IMG/VR virus record: IMGVR_UViG_3300021091_000012 | Origin: a virus | Reading direction: 5' to 3' (one strand) | DNA: 64,000 nt | Shown here: positions 27,944 through 36,829 of the stretch, one piece after another | How the letters are laid out: every line of letters starts with the position of its first letter | Position numbering within the stretch: position 1 is the stretch's first letter | The notes under the pieces: model-generated | What the model was told of the DNA's origin: nothing | The model's database searches: none | What the model saw: the letters and a program-made list of their open reading frames with translations, nothing else | Program-made: the position numbers and the translations under genes

Positions 27944-29278
27944 TTATACTTTTTTAAGTTTAGGTAATTCTATTTTTTTTAATTTAGGTAGCTCAACCTT
28001 CTTTAGTTGAGGTAATTTGAGCTGCACTTGCTTTGGAAATTCCGGAACGTATTGATCTAGAAGTTGAACCAACTTATCACTCATATGATCAAGAGTATAG
28101 TATTTCTGAATAACCTTAGCCTGCTTACGACCCATTTCTTCGTAGTTTTTATAGTTGTCAGCAACATCTTTCATTATGCTAGCTGCATATCCATAGTCTA
28201 CAGAAAACCACTGAGACTCAGTTAGTATCATATTTTCAGCAGCGGCCGTTGGGTGTACGTTTGTAAGCTGACCTGGAAGTAGTACTGCCTCTTTGAGGAA
28301 GTCTACATGACCAGACCAGTTTGGTGCAATAATAGGTTTGCGTGATGTACCAGCCTCAGCTAACGGTCGACCGTATCCTTCACCTTTTGTCAAGGTAATA
28401 TGTGCTTTAATTTTTGGGTGATTATAAAGAGAGTTCATCTCCTCATCAGTCAAGTCGCCATGCAACAAGTAAACGCTAGGTAATCGCTTACCACCACTAA
28501 CAGACTTTCTAATTAAGTCAATACGTCTAATCATTTCTTGCTTATCAAGTGGACTAAAGTCTGCACGAGATGATTTCAATATTAGTGCTGGCTGATTTTG
28601 TACTGACTTATTTTTAAAGGCTTCTAAGAAGGTACGAATAAGTGCACCTACATTTTTTCGATCCTCACCAAAATCTCCATTCAACCAATGGCCAACAAAC
28701 AAAAATGCAAAGCTCTCTTTAATTCCTTGTAGCTCATCTATAATAGACTTGTTGATTGTTTTTGTAGCAAAATATTTTTCTACATCTACGCCTTCAAACA
28801 ACACTTCAATAGGCTTGTTAAGTTTAATCTCACCAATTGGTTGCTTTGTGTTTTGGTCGTGTTGCATCCAAGCCGACTCTTGAAGCACCTTCTTAGAGTG
28901 CTCAGATGACGTCAACACTAAGTCCATTCGGTTACAACCTTCTATCCATGGAGCTGCTGCAATTGTTGTTTCAATTCCTGCAGTGACTCCAATATTATAC
29001 TTACCAATTCGTTGGAACTCGTTGGGTACTGTAATTTGGATAAAAATGTCAGGTTGAGCTTGTAATTTAGGTTCCGGTAAAAGTCTATCCAAGATAGCTT
29101 TGTGTTCTGGGTTTTCTGGACTTAATGCATTCATTGGAGTCGAACCCCAACGCGTATTCCATATTAAAATCTCGTATTTATCTGACTTAATTAGGCTAGT
29201 TGCAATGTCTCGAGATCGAGCTCCGTAACCTGATACGGTTGCAACTGGTGCCATTAATAGTAATGTTGGTTTTGACAT
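27944..29278 (-). CDS. GT-B (GT4-like) glycosyltransferase
   Basis: SGYGARSR, FLFVGHW, RKNV, KGEGYGRPLAEA, WSGHVDF. Confidence 0.88.
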   Translation of the reverse strand: MSKPTLLLMAPVATVSGYGARSRDIATSLIKSDKYEILIWNTRWGSTPMNALSPENPEHKAILDRLLPEPKLQAQPDIFIQITVPNEFQRIGKYNIGVTAGIETTIAAAPWIEGCNRMDLVLTSSEHSKKVLQESAWMQHDQNTKQPIGEIKLNKPIEVLFEGVDVEKYFATKTINKSIIDELQGIKESFAFLFVGHWLNGDFGEDRKNVGALIRTFLEAFKNKSVQNQPALILKSSRADFSPLDKQEMIRRIDLIRKSVSGGKRLPSVYLLHGDLTDEEMNSLYNHPKIKAHITLTKGEGYGRPLAEAGTSRKPIIAPNWSGHVDFLKEAVLLPGQLTNVHPTAAAENMILTESQWFSVDYGYAASIMKDVADNYKNYEEMGRKQAKVIQKYYTLDHMSDKLVQLLDQYVPEFPKQVQLKLPQLKKVELPKLKKIELPKLKKV

Positions 29279-29288
29279 ATGTAACTTA

Positions 29289-30767
29289 TTATAATGTTAT
29301 TCCTGTTTTTCTATCTTTAACTCTAGCAACTTCCTCTGCAACATTGTACAAAGCAAATCTTTTTGGAGCAACAAATGTAGATATAGTGTTATCAATTGCG
29401 TTGATAAATCTATCAGCCATCTTTTGCGCTGTAAATCCTGCCTCTTCGGATAAAGCCCATTCACGACCTAAACCACCACAGTATGCTCGTACTTGTGAAC
29501 CAGCATCATACCAATAGTAGATAGCTGCTGCAACATCACAAACATCACATCGATCGTCAAAAATGTAAGGAGTTGGAATAGAGCCTTGCAAGTTGATCGC
29601 AGCTGGGAATACTGGACGTACCCATTCGCCATGTTTTTTATATCGACCGGCATGGTTTGACGCAAATTCCTCATCAAACTCAATCCAGTTACCTTTCTCA
29701 TCCTCAAAACGACATTGATCTTGAAGACCACCAGTAACATTGTTGATTAGAACTCGACCGGATAGCATGGCCTCTGTACTACTCAATCCCCAACCTTCGT
29801 TAGATGCAATGTTGATAACAACGTCACAGGCATTGTATAGTAAGTTCATACCTTTTGAATCATATCTATGATCGTTGAAATGAATTTTATTAACTAACTC
29901 AGGACATAACGCATCAATCACTGCTGGTAAGTCGGTTCCATTTTCATCTACTAGTTGTGTTTTCAGTACTAACCTTACATCACCAATATCTCCAGAAGCT
30001 TTAAGTTTATCACAGAATAGCTTGAATGCTAGTATAACGTCAGACGTCATTTTTCTGCGAATGTTTCGGTTATTGTAGAGTAATACTAAATCAGGATTGG
30101 CATCACCAAACATTGATTTTCTAATCTGTTGCACTTCTTCGTCTTGTCTATCGATTGGAAAAAAGTACTTTTCGTTGATTCCATGAGGTACATAACATAC
30201 CTTAGGTAGATTAGAAGTAGTATCCCAATTCTCGCTATCAAGGTCTAAGTAATTGCCTTTACCAAGTACCAACTTAGCAATGTTATTAGATTGCTTACTA
30301 ATTCCCATTAACAAGTCACAAGACTCATAATACGGTTTGTTATAATGTGGTGCTGGAAGATCATCCCAGATATGGTAATAGAAGATCGGAATATTCTGTC
30401 TAATCTCGGCAGACATTTGGTAGAGCCAAATCCAGTATCTTGGATCCGTAAAGTGAACAATGCCATCTATCTTATGGCGTGTCATTAGTAGTCTAATCAA
30501 GTCTGGATCTCCGTAGCCGTTATTTGGATACAATAGTACGCTGGCATCCTCTATACCAACCTCTCTATTGATATCAGCACTAAGGTCGTATATCTGACCA
30601 AGCTCAGGGTGATTAATTGCTGCTGCTACGTGAACAAAATTATATCGATGAGCGCTGCCTAATACGAGCTCTCGAGTCATTGTTCCTATTCCAGATGGAA
30701 GTCTTAAATCGTCTGCTAGAAAAAGTATAGTCTTTCTCTTGTCTTTTGGAATGTAACCTTCTTTCAT
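29289..30767 (-). CDS. GT-B (GT4-like) glycosyltransferase
   Basis: PSGIG, VPHGI, NRNIRRK, SNEGWGLSSTEAM, TGGLQD. Confidence 0.9.
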   Translation of the reverse strand: MKEGYIPKDKRKTILFLADDLRLPSGIGTMTRELVLGSAHRYNFVHVAAAINHPELGQIYDLSADINREVGIEDASVLLYPNNGYGDPDLIRLLMTRHKIDGIVHFTDPRYWIWLYQMSAEIRQNIPIFYYHIWDDLPAPHYNKPYYESCDLLMGISKQSNNIAKLVLGKGNYLDLDSENWDTTSNLPKVCYVPHGINEKYFFPIDRQDEEVQQIRKSMFGDANPDLVLLYNNRNIRRKMTSDVILAFKLFCDKLKASGDIGDVRLVLKTQLVDENGTDLPAVIDALCPELVNKIHFNDHRYDSKGMNLLYNACDVVINIASNEGWGLSSTEAMLSGRVLINNVTGGLQDQCRFEDEKGNWIEFDEEFASNHAGRYKKHGEWVRPVFPAAINLQGSIPTPYIFDDRCDVCDVAAAIYYWYDAGSQVRAYCGGLGREWALSEEAGFTAQKMADRFINAIDNTISTFVAPKRFALYNVAEEVARVKDRKTGITL

Positions 30768-30819
30768 TTGTTTTGTTTATGTTATAACTTATTATACTAA
30801 ATCTTATTAACAATTCCTA

Positions 30820-31194
30820 CTATCTAGGTCTGTTTCTGCAATGACTTTTTCCTGTAAGATATGGTTTTGGACATGAAGTTCCCTTAACATGGAAGTGTCC
30901 ACACTTACCGCAGCAAGTACTCTTTTCTTCATTTAATCCATCACCACAACTATCGCACTCGCTATCAAACATATAGTTATCATATACAGCATTGATATAG
31001 TCTGCTGATTTTGTAATCTTAGCTTGAACCCACCCTTCTAACTCTTGTACATTATTTTCCTCCATGTACTTTGCTAGTTCAGATGCTCTGTGAGCTATCG
31101 ATCGTAAGTCAGTAAGCGCCATTGATGCTTCGTGATCATCACCTACATTCAATAGCTTGTTACTAAGGTCCTCAAAGATATTCTTTAACTTCAT
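30820..31194 (-). CDS. hypothetical protein with C-terminal Cys/His cluster, possibly head-associated
   Basis: EASMA...LEGWVQAKITKSADYI; CCGKCGHFH...C. Confidence 0.7.
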   Translation of the reverse strand: MKLKNIFEDLSNKLLNVGDDHEASMALTDLRSIAHRASELAKYMEENNVQELEGWVQAKITKSADYINAVYDNYMFDSECDSCGDGLNEEKSTCCGKCGHFHVKGTSCPKPYLTGKSHCRNRPR

Positions 31195-31583
31195 TTTGTT
31201 TTTCTTTTATCTGCCCAATCACGAAATAGCATATTACCTTCTTTGAAGGCATCTTCCTCTAGCTTTCGTAAATGTTCGTTGTTCTGTGCGTAGTTTGGAT
31301 CTGTAGCGTTTTCTACCTCATCCATATTCAACATTCCAGTTAAGTTTTGGTGATGGTGTCTCATCTCGTGAGAGAAACTTCTTAGTATATCTTTAGGGTG
31401 TCTGTTAGCCACATAGAGTACTATAACCTTGTTCTGAGGATCGTAATGACCGGTTGGAGTAAGTATTCCGTTTGTCATCTGCGGATCGTTGTTTAACTTA
31501 ACTCCCGGAAGTGGATATGTTGACCATCCCTGATCTGACATGCACTCCACCAACTCAGCCATACACTGTTTCATCTCTTTCAT
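31191..31583 (-). CDS. zincin-like metallopeptidase
   Basis: TGHYDP, RHPKDILRSFSHEMRHHHQ (HExxH), downstream E. Confidence 0.75.
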   Translation of the reverse strand: MKEMKQCMAELVECMSDQGWSTYPLPGVKLNNDPQMTNGILTPTGHYDPQNKVIVLYVANRHPKDILRSFSHEMRHHHQNLTGMLNMDEVENATDPNYAQNNEHLRKLEEDAFKEGNMLFRDWADKRKTK

Positions 31584-31586
31584 ACT

Positions 31587-31594
31587 TATAAATA
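31587..31594 (-). promoter_or_regulatory. TATTTATA motif (putative late promoter)
   Basis: 3 nt upstream of ATG 31583. Confidence 0.55.
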
Positions 31595-31597
31595 GTA

Positions 31598-31996
31598 CTA
31601 ATTAATGAGAACTGTACGCTTTCGGGCTTTTGTCATTGCATTTACAATAGCAACTATCTTAGAGTCTTTAAGGTTTGTATCATCAAACACTACGCATTTC
31701 TCTACATACTGAGCATATATCTTGTTTCTTGTGAAAAAGTTTTTTGGACTGTAGGGTTTGTTGTAGTGCTGCTCAGATAGTAAGCTGTATAGGTTTTGTG
31801 GTGTATGGGGTGGGTTGGCTTCTTTGTATGTATAGCCAAACTCTAATGCATATCTCTTAATGTACTTGTCTGCACCATCCTTCTCTCCTAGACCTATAAC
31901 CGTAACGTCGTCGCTATATTCTTTTAGCTTGAACATAAAGCTTTTGATCTTAGTCTTATTTTCAAAAGTTTTAGTTCCTGTAATTCCTATCTTCAT
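31598..31996 (-). CDS. SLOG/YspA-like (DUF2493-like) protein
   Basis: MKIGITGT..., GEKDGADKY, RNKIYA; start reassigned. Confidence 0.6.
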   Translation of the reverse strand: MKIGITGTKTFENKTKIKSFMFKLKEYSDDVTVIGLGEKDGADKYIKRYALEFGYTYKEANPPHTPQNLYSLLSEQHYNKPYSPKNFFTRNKIYAQYVEKCVVFDDTNLKDSKIVAIVNAMTKARKRTVLIN

Positions 31997-32444
31997 CTGA
32001 CGTATACTTTTTGTGTAAGTCTCCAATGGTAAGTCCCATAAGATTCTCTAAATGTCCTGGTTCAAAGCTAGGCCATCTCCAGCCTGCTGTCCAACCTTCT
32101 GCTTCAAATACTTTAACTACTCTCATCCACTTTTCGTGCAAAGACTCAACTGGATAGCAGTCTTCCCATGATAGTAGTTTTTTACCATCAAGCAAGCAGA
32201 AGTCTAAAGCTAGTCCATAGTTGTGTGGACTGTATCCTGGTCTACGATGGGTTACAATAGGTCCTGGCAAGGATCTGCCAAAACGATACAACAGTTCTTG
32301 CTCTTGCATCGTTCTACTACCCCACGTAATATAGATTGGTATTCTTTGAGAAATACATTTTTGAAAAGCGTTTGTTGCAGATGCAACATGTATAGAATTG
32401 AGAGTAGCTATTCTACTCATAGAAACATCTACAAACTCTATCAT
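31971..32444 (-). CDS. M15 family peptidase (L-Ala-D-Glu peptidase-like endolysin)
   Basis: R...EQ..LY..GR...G.IVT, SPHNYGLALD, EPGHLE. Confidence 0.88.
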   Translation of the reverse strand: MIEFVDVSMSRIATLNSIHVASATNAFQKCISQRIPIYITWGSRTMQEQELLYRFGRSLPGPIVTHRRPGYSPHNYGLALDFCLLDGKKLLSWEDCYPVESLHEKWMRVVKVFEAEGWTAGWRWPSFEPGHLENLMGLTIGDLHKKYTSDEDRNYRN

Positions 32445-33328
32445 CCTTTAAGTCTGTCTTTTTTGTTACACTTATCGGTTCCGTTAAATGGACAATACCT
32501 GCATGCACTAGTCTCAATAGCAGGATAAGTAGCTTCTATGTTATATTGACCATCCTCTGTAAAGCATGTATCTAAAAAATCTTGAAACATTCTTCCTATT
32601 TTGTTTCTAGTCACCTTACCACTAGCAGGAGCAAACAGCTGTATGCGTTTCGGAATAAACTCTGCGTTTTCATTTATCCTACGTCTCACTATTAAATACT
32701 CAACATCGATCATCTCTGGATCCCAATTAAACTGCTTTGCATAAAACTCCTTGTAGAGTATCAACTGGGCTGTTTTACTTTGATCTGTTTTTTGATATTT
32801 ATTCCATCCACTAGTGGACGTTTTGATATCCCACACCTTGATACGATTAGTACGCTCATCAAGTATAACAATATCAATAAATCCAACAAAGCGAATGTTA
32901 TTTTTGAGGTCAATGCTCAATGGAATCTCGACACCCATTAGTTTGTGTTGCTTGCTAGGAAAATAAACCCTCCTATGTCTTTTAAGATATTTTAATATCT
33001 CGATTCCATCGTGCAAAAACTCAGCTAGCTCTTTAGGAGTGCTGAAATGTTGTCCATCCCTTTTATTAACAGCTTTTTTATATTCAGCATACATCTGCTC
33101 TTGTAGATACAAATGTAGATCGATTAAATCTGCTTTCTTAGCGGACTCGGAATATAGTACTTGTAGGTAATGCTGAACTGTGTTATGAAACGCTGTTCCA
33201 AATAAAGTATTAATATTATCTTCGTATGTACGTAAGTTATCAATATAGTCAAGCTTCCATCTTAATGGACACTTGGCATATAGTGAAAACTGAGAATACG
33301 AAACTGTTTTTTGCTTTATCTCACTCAT
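32441..33328 (-). CDS. PD-(D/E)XK nuclease (Cas4/RecB-like)
   Basis: SYSQ...CP, FGTAFH, GFIDIV, WDIKTS, QLILY, CRYCPF...C. Confidence 0.9.
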   Translation of the reverse strand: MSEIKQKTVSYSQFSLYAKCPLRWKLDYIDNLRTYEDNINTLFGTAFHNTVQHYLQVLYSESAKKADLIDLHLYLQEQMYAEYKKAVNKRDGQHFSTPKELAEFLHDGIEILKYLKRHRRVYFPSKQHKLMGVEIPLSIDLKNNIRFVGFIDIVILDERTNRIKVWDIKTSTSGWNKYQKTDQSKTAQLILYKEFYAKQFNWDPEMIDVEYLIVRRRINENAEFIPKRIQLFAPASGKVTRNKIGRMFQDFLDTCFTEDGQYNIEATYPAIETSACRYCPFNGTDKCNKKDRLKG

Positions 33329-33331
33329 AAC

Positions 33332-33363
33332 CTAAAGGTACTCAACTTTAATCAAATATGCAA
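33332..33363 (-). promoter_or_regulatory. Bacteroidota sigma70-like promoter
   Basis: TTG-N20-TACCTTTAG. Confidence 0.65.
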
Positions 33364-33368
33364 CTTGA

Positions 33369-33587
33369 TTACTGATTTTCTGGTAAAAAATCTGCATTAA
33401 TATGTCCGCATTTTGCACACGCAAATGCTTGGATTGGTGTGAGCATTTCATTGCCGGTAGGCGATACTAATGCAGAAAATTTTTTAATTTGGTAATTTAC
33501 TACGAAGCGATCGTGTCCACACTCTTCGCAAGTATAGTTAGTTGCCATAGAAAAGTCAACTTCTTGTTGTATTGGTTTTTGATTCAT
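33369..33587 (-). CDS. small Zn-ribbon protein
   Basis: CEEC...SALVSPTG...CAKCGH; start reassigned to MNQKPIQ. Confidence 0.7.
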   Translation of the reverse strand: MNQKPIQQEVDFSMATNYTCEECGHDRFVVNYQIKKFSALVSPTGNEMLTPIQAFACAKCGHINADFLPENQ

Positions 33588-33599
33588 ATCTAAAGGATT

Positions 33600-33626
33600 A
33601 AAAAAAAAGGGGAGCGAACTCCCCTT
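33600..33626 (-). terminator. intrinsic terminator after groEL
   Basis: AAGGGGAG-TTCG-CTCCCCTT hairpin followed by a U-tract. Confidence 0.85.
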
Positions 33627-33633
33627 AACGTAA

Positions 33634-35277
33634 CTAGTAGTAGCTTGGAACTGAGGATTCTTTTTCTTCTTTTTCTTCAGGATCAAAACTGATAACGCAC
33701 TCTGTGGTAAGCAGTGTTCCAGCTACTGAGTTTGCTAGCTCTAATGCTGTACGTGTGACTTTGGTTGGATCCACAATTCCAGCCTCAAACATATTACATA
33801 CAGTGTTTTGTCTAGCGTCGTAACCGACAAATGCTGTATCCTCTTTCTTATCCTTAATAGTATGCTCAATCAAGTGAGCAACTGTATTAGGACTTTGTCC
33901 AGCATTTTCTACGATAGCACCAAATGGCGCTGCGCAGGCCTTTTTGATAATCTTTACTCCTAATGCTTGGTCGTCATTTTCTGTCTCAACTTCCAAGTTT
34001 TCACTAGCATGTAGTAGTGCCATCCCACCTCCTGCAACAATACCCTCTTCAACAGCAGCGCGGGTTGCATGTAGAGCATCATCAACTCTATCTTTTTTTT
34101 CTTTTAATTCGATCTCAGTAGCCGCACCAATATTCAGTACTGCAACTCCACCGATAAGTTTGCTTAAGCGCTCTTTTAGGAATTGCTTCTCGTAGTCGCT
34201 ATCAGCTGCTTCGTATTGATCTTTGATATATTGGATGCGCTCTTTGATTGCCTCAGAGTCTCCAGCTCCATCAACTATTACAGTCTCATCCTTATTTACT
34301 GTAACCATTCTTGCTGTTCCTAACTGGTTAGCTGCAAGTTTCTCTAACTTCATTCCTTTTTGAGTTGCTATCACTTCGCCTCCGGTTAGAATAGCCATAT
34401 CCTCTAGCATGTGAATTTTACGATCACCAAATCCTGGTGACTTAATTGCACAGATGTTCAAGATGCCTCGAGCTTTGTTTACAACCATAGTTGCAAGCGC
34501 TTCCCCATCAACATCATCTGCTACAATTAAAAGTGGCTTACCTTGCTTGCTACAACTCTCTAATAAAGCTAGTACTTCCTTAATGCTACTGATTTTTTTA
34601 TCGTAGAATAGGATTAGCGGATTCTCCAAAGTTGTACTCATTGTACTTTGATTTGATACAAAGTATGGTGAAATAAATCCACGATCAACTTGCATACCTT
34701 CAACGATCTCTAAAGTTGTCTCAGAGGTCTTACTTTCATCAACTTGGATTACACCATCCTTACCAACGCTATCCATGGCCTCAGCGATTATGTTTCCTAC
34801 GCTTGTATCATTGTTTGCAGAAATAGTTGCTACTTGACGAATTTCGTCAATAGACTTTACATCACGGCTAATTTCACGCAAAGACTCGATAACATGAGTA
34901 GTAGCTTTGTCCATTCCACGCTTTAACTCTACTGGATTAACTCCTGCATTAATAGCTTTCAATCCCTCGTTATACATGACGGAGGCTAATACTGTTGCCG
35001 TAGTTGTACCATCTCCAGCCATCTTAGCTGCCTTCATAGAAACTTCTTTGATAGCTTGTGCTCCCATATTCTCAATTGGGTCTGTAAGATAAATCTCCTT
35101 TGCAACAGTTACACCATCTTTTGTAGATATTGGTGCGCCATTCTCTTTTTCGATTAATACATTGCGACCCTTAGGGCCTAATGTGGACTTAACTGCAGAA
35201 GATAGTTTGTTTATTCCGTTGCGCACTCTATCTCGTGCTTCCACATCATAACTGATAATTCTTGACTTATTGCTCAT
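33634..35277 (-). CDS. groL: chaperonin GroEL
   Basis: [46 protein letters not shown]. Confidence 0.98.
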   Translation of the reverse strand: MSNKSRIISYDVEARDRVRNGINKLSSAVKSTLGPKGRNVLIEKENGAPISTKDGVTVAKEIYLTDPIENMGAQAIKEVSMKAAKMAGDGTTTATVLASVMYNEGLKAINAGVNPVELKRGMDKATTHVIESLREISRDVKSIDEIRQVATISANNDTSVGNIIAEAMDSVGKDGVIQVDESKTSETTLEIVEGMQVDRGFISPYFVSNQSTMSTTLENPLILFYDKKISSIKEVLALLESCSKQGKPLLIVADDVDGEALATMVVNKARGILNICAIKSPGFGDRKIHMLEDMAILTGGEVIATQKGMKLEKLAANQLGTARMVTVNKDETVIVDGAGDSEAIKERIQYIKDQYEAADSDYEKQFLKERLSKLIGGVAVLNIGAATEIELKEKKDRVDDALHATRAAVEEGIVAGGGMALLHASENLEVETENDDQALGVKIIKKACAAPFGAIVENAGQSPNTVAHLIEHTIKDKKEDTAFVGYDARQNTVCNMFEAGIVDPTKVTRTALELANSVAGTLLTTECVISFDPEEKEEKESSVPSYY

Positions 35278-35278
35278 G

Positions 35279-35578
35279 TTACTTGTTAATTTTTGTTATT
35301 ACATCTCGTTCCTGTACCGAGTGATACTCTACACCCTCGTATTCAAATGTTTGTGCGGCAAAGCGTTGATAAAGAATTATATCTCCAGGCTTAACTGTTG
35401 TTTCAATAAACAATCCAGGTGCTGCCCAAAAACCCTTCCCTACATACTGTACTTTTGCTTTAAGTAGTTTTTGTTCACTAATTTCAGGAAGTATAATACC
35501 TCCTTCACTCATTTCGTCTTGCTCTACCGGAAGACAAATCAGCTTATCGCTGATTGGACTAAATAAATTGTTGCTCAT
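35279..35578 (-). CDS. groS: co-chaperonin GroES
   Basis: PISDK, SEGGIILP, VGKG, VKPGD; abuts groEL. Confidence 0.92.
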   Translation of the reverse strand: MSNNLFSPISDKLICLPVEQDEMSEGGIILPEISEQKLLKAKVQYVGKGFWAAPGLFIETTVKPGDIILYQRFAAQTFEYEGVEYHSVQERDVITKINK

Positions 35579-35596
35579 AATTTTATAACTGTTTTA

Positions 35597-35627
35597 TTTA
35601 ATATAAGAAAAAAAGACCCAAGAACAA
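35597..35627 (-). promoter_or_regulatory. sigma70-like promoter for groES-groEL
   Basis: TTG-N19-TATATTAAA. Confidence 0.45.
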
Positions 35628-35636
35628 CCGCTAAAG

Positions 35637-36047
35637 CTATTTAATTTGTAACTTTTTTGGTTTTGCTTCTTCAGCAAACGGCACCGTAATGATTAACAAA
35701 CCGTTTTCCATTGTAGCACTGCAGTTTGCTAAATTATACTTAGATGCAATCTTATAAGCAAGATCAAATGAGCGTCGAGCTACTCCGCGACATTGGTATG
35801 TGCGAGCTTCTTCGTCTCCTTCGTTTGATTTAGGTTTATCGTATGAGATACGAATCACATCCATTTCAATATCAATATCAACTTCATCCTTAGTTAGACC
35901 GGTGCATGCGATCTCAAGGACTAGGCCGTCTGAATGTTCATAGATGTCTACTGGGTGGGGTATTTTGACTTCTCGTAGAATATTGAAGTCGGAATGGCTG
36001 TCGAATACATTTCGGAACAGCACATCAAAGTGTGATAGTTTGTTCAT
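35637..36047 (-). CDS. small heat-shock protein Hsp20
   Basis: PVDIYE, EIACTG, RGVARRSF, ATMENGLLIITVP. Confidence 0.92.
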   Translation of the reverse strand: MNKLSHFDVLFRNVFDSHSDFNILREVKIPHPVDIYEHSDGLVLEIACTGLTKDEVDIDIEMDVIRISYDKPKSNEGDEEARTYQCRGVARRSFDLAYKIASKYNLANCSATMENGLLIITVPFAEEAKPKKLQIK

Positions 36048-36052
36048 AATTT

Positions 36053-36061
36053 ACCTCCTTA
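36053..36061 (-). promoter_or_regulatory. perfect Shine-Dalgarno sequence TAAGGAGGT
   Basis: 5 nt upstream of the hsp20 ATG. Confidence 0.75.
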
Positions 36062-36111
36062 GATGGTTAATAATTAATAAAAAATATAACTAGGTTGCCC
36101 TAGGGTCTGTA

Positions 36112-36119
36112 TATAAATA
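36112..36119 (-). promoter_or_regulatory. TATTTATA motif (putative late promoter)
   Basis: Upstream of hsp20. Confidence 0.5.
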
Positions 36120-36137
36120 TATCTGTTTTTGATTAAA

Positions 36138-36818
36138 CTACGCTTGCTTAAGCAACTTTAATAAAGCACCGCGATTAATCCATCTAGATTTTGCGGTTCT
36201 GTTGGCTTCTGTGATTATATTTGACTGTGCTTGAAGAGCTTGTATTGTAGTGTCTGGCAGTCCTTGTTCCTTTATTACGCCACTAGATGGAGCAAACTGA
36301 GTAGACGTATGCTCATCATCAAAGAATGGAATTTGAAACTTGCGTCCTTTTACTTTAGTATAATAGTCGTCAGCATTATTCATATTAATAAAAACGTCTC
36401 TTTGCGCTAAAACCTGCCCATATCGATTGTCTGTGTATATTAAACTGAAAGTCATACCATCATATGTTTTGCCACCTTTAGTATCTGTAAGCTTTTCACC
36501 AAAGATTATAGACTCTTGACTAAATTGTTTTCCTAATTCTAGAGCTTCTTTTTTGGTTATATTTGGAATAAAAAAAGAATTTTCTGGACCACCATAGTGT
36601 CCTTTTACCTTCTTAAAGCCCAAATTCATTACACGTAATCGCTTTTCTAGCTCATTGTTTGCTTGTTTATTTGTAGCTGTGTCTGCGGCTTGTCCGTTTG
36701 GGTTTTCTGCTGTGAGGAAAGCTAGTGTTTGTACAGTAGGAACTAGTCCGCGCATAATATTAACTACACGAGCATATCCTGCTTCATTAAGTATCTGTTT
36801 AAGTTTTAAATTATTCAT
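36138..36818 (-). CDS. DUF3293-like hypothetical protein
   Basis: FLTAENP, GHYGGPENSFFI, LGKQFSQESI. Confidence 0.65.
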   Translation of the reverse strand: MNNLKLKQILNEAGYARVVNIMRGLVPTVQTLAFLTAENPNGQAADTATNKQANNELEKRLRVMNLGFKKVKGHYGGPENSFFIPNITKKEALELGKQFSQESIIFGEKLTDTKGGKTYDGMTFSLIYTDNRYGQVLAQRDVFINMNNADDYYTKVKGRKFQIPFFDDEHTSTQFAPSSGVIKEQGLPDTTIQALQAQSNIITEANRTAKSRWINRGALLKLLKQA

Positions 36819-36829
36819 GTTAATTATAA

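Noticed and set aside
12239-30767. Glycan island as bacterial chromosomal contamination
   Set aside because: Seamless gene overlaps with phage ORFs, interleaved phage hypotheticals, same strand, and no export or polymerase genes
32441-33328. Cas4-like nuclease as evidence of a CRISPR system
   Set aside because: No repeat-spacer array or other cas genes seen; stand-alone PD-(D/E)XK nucleases are common in phages
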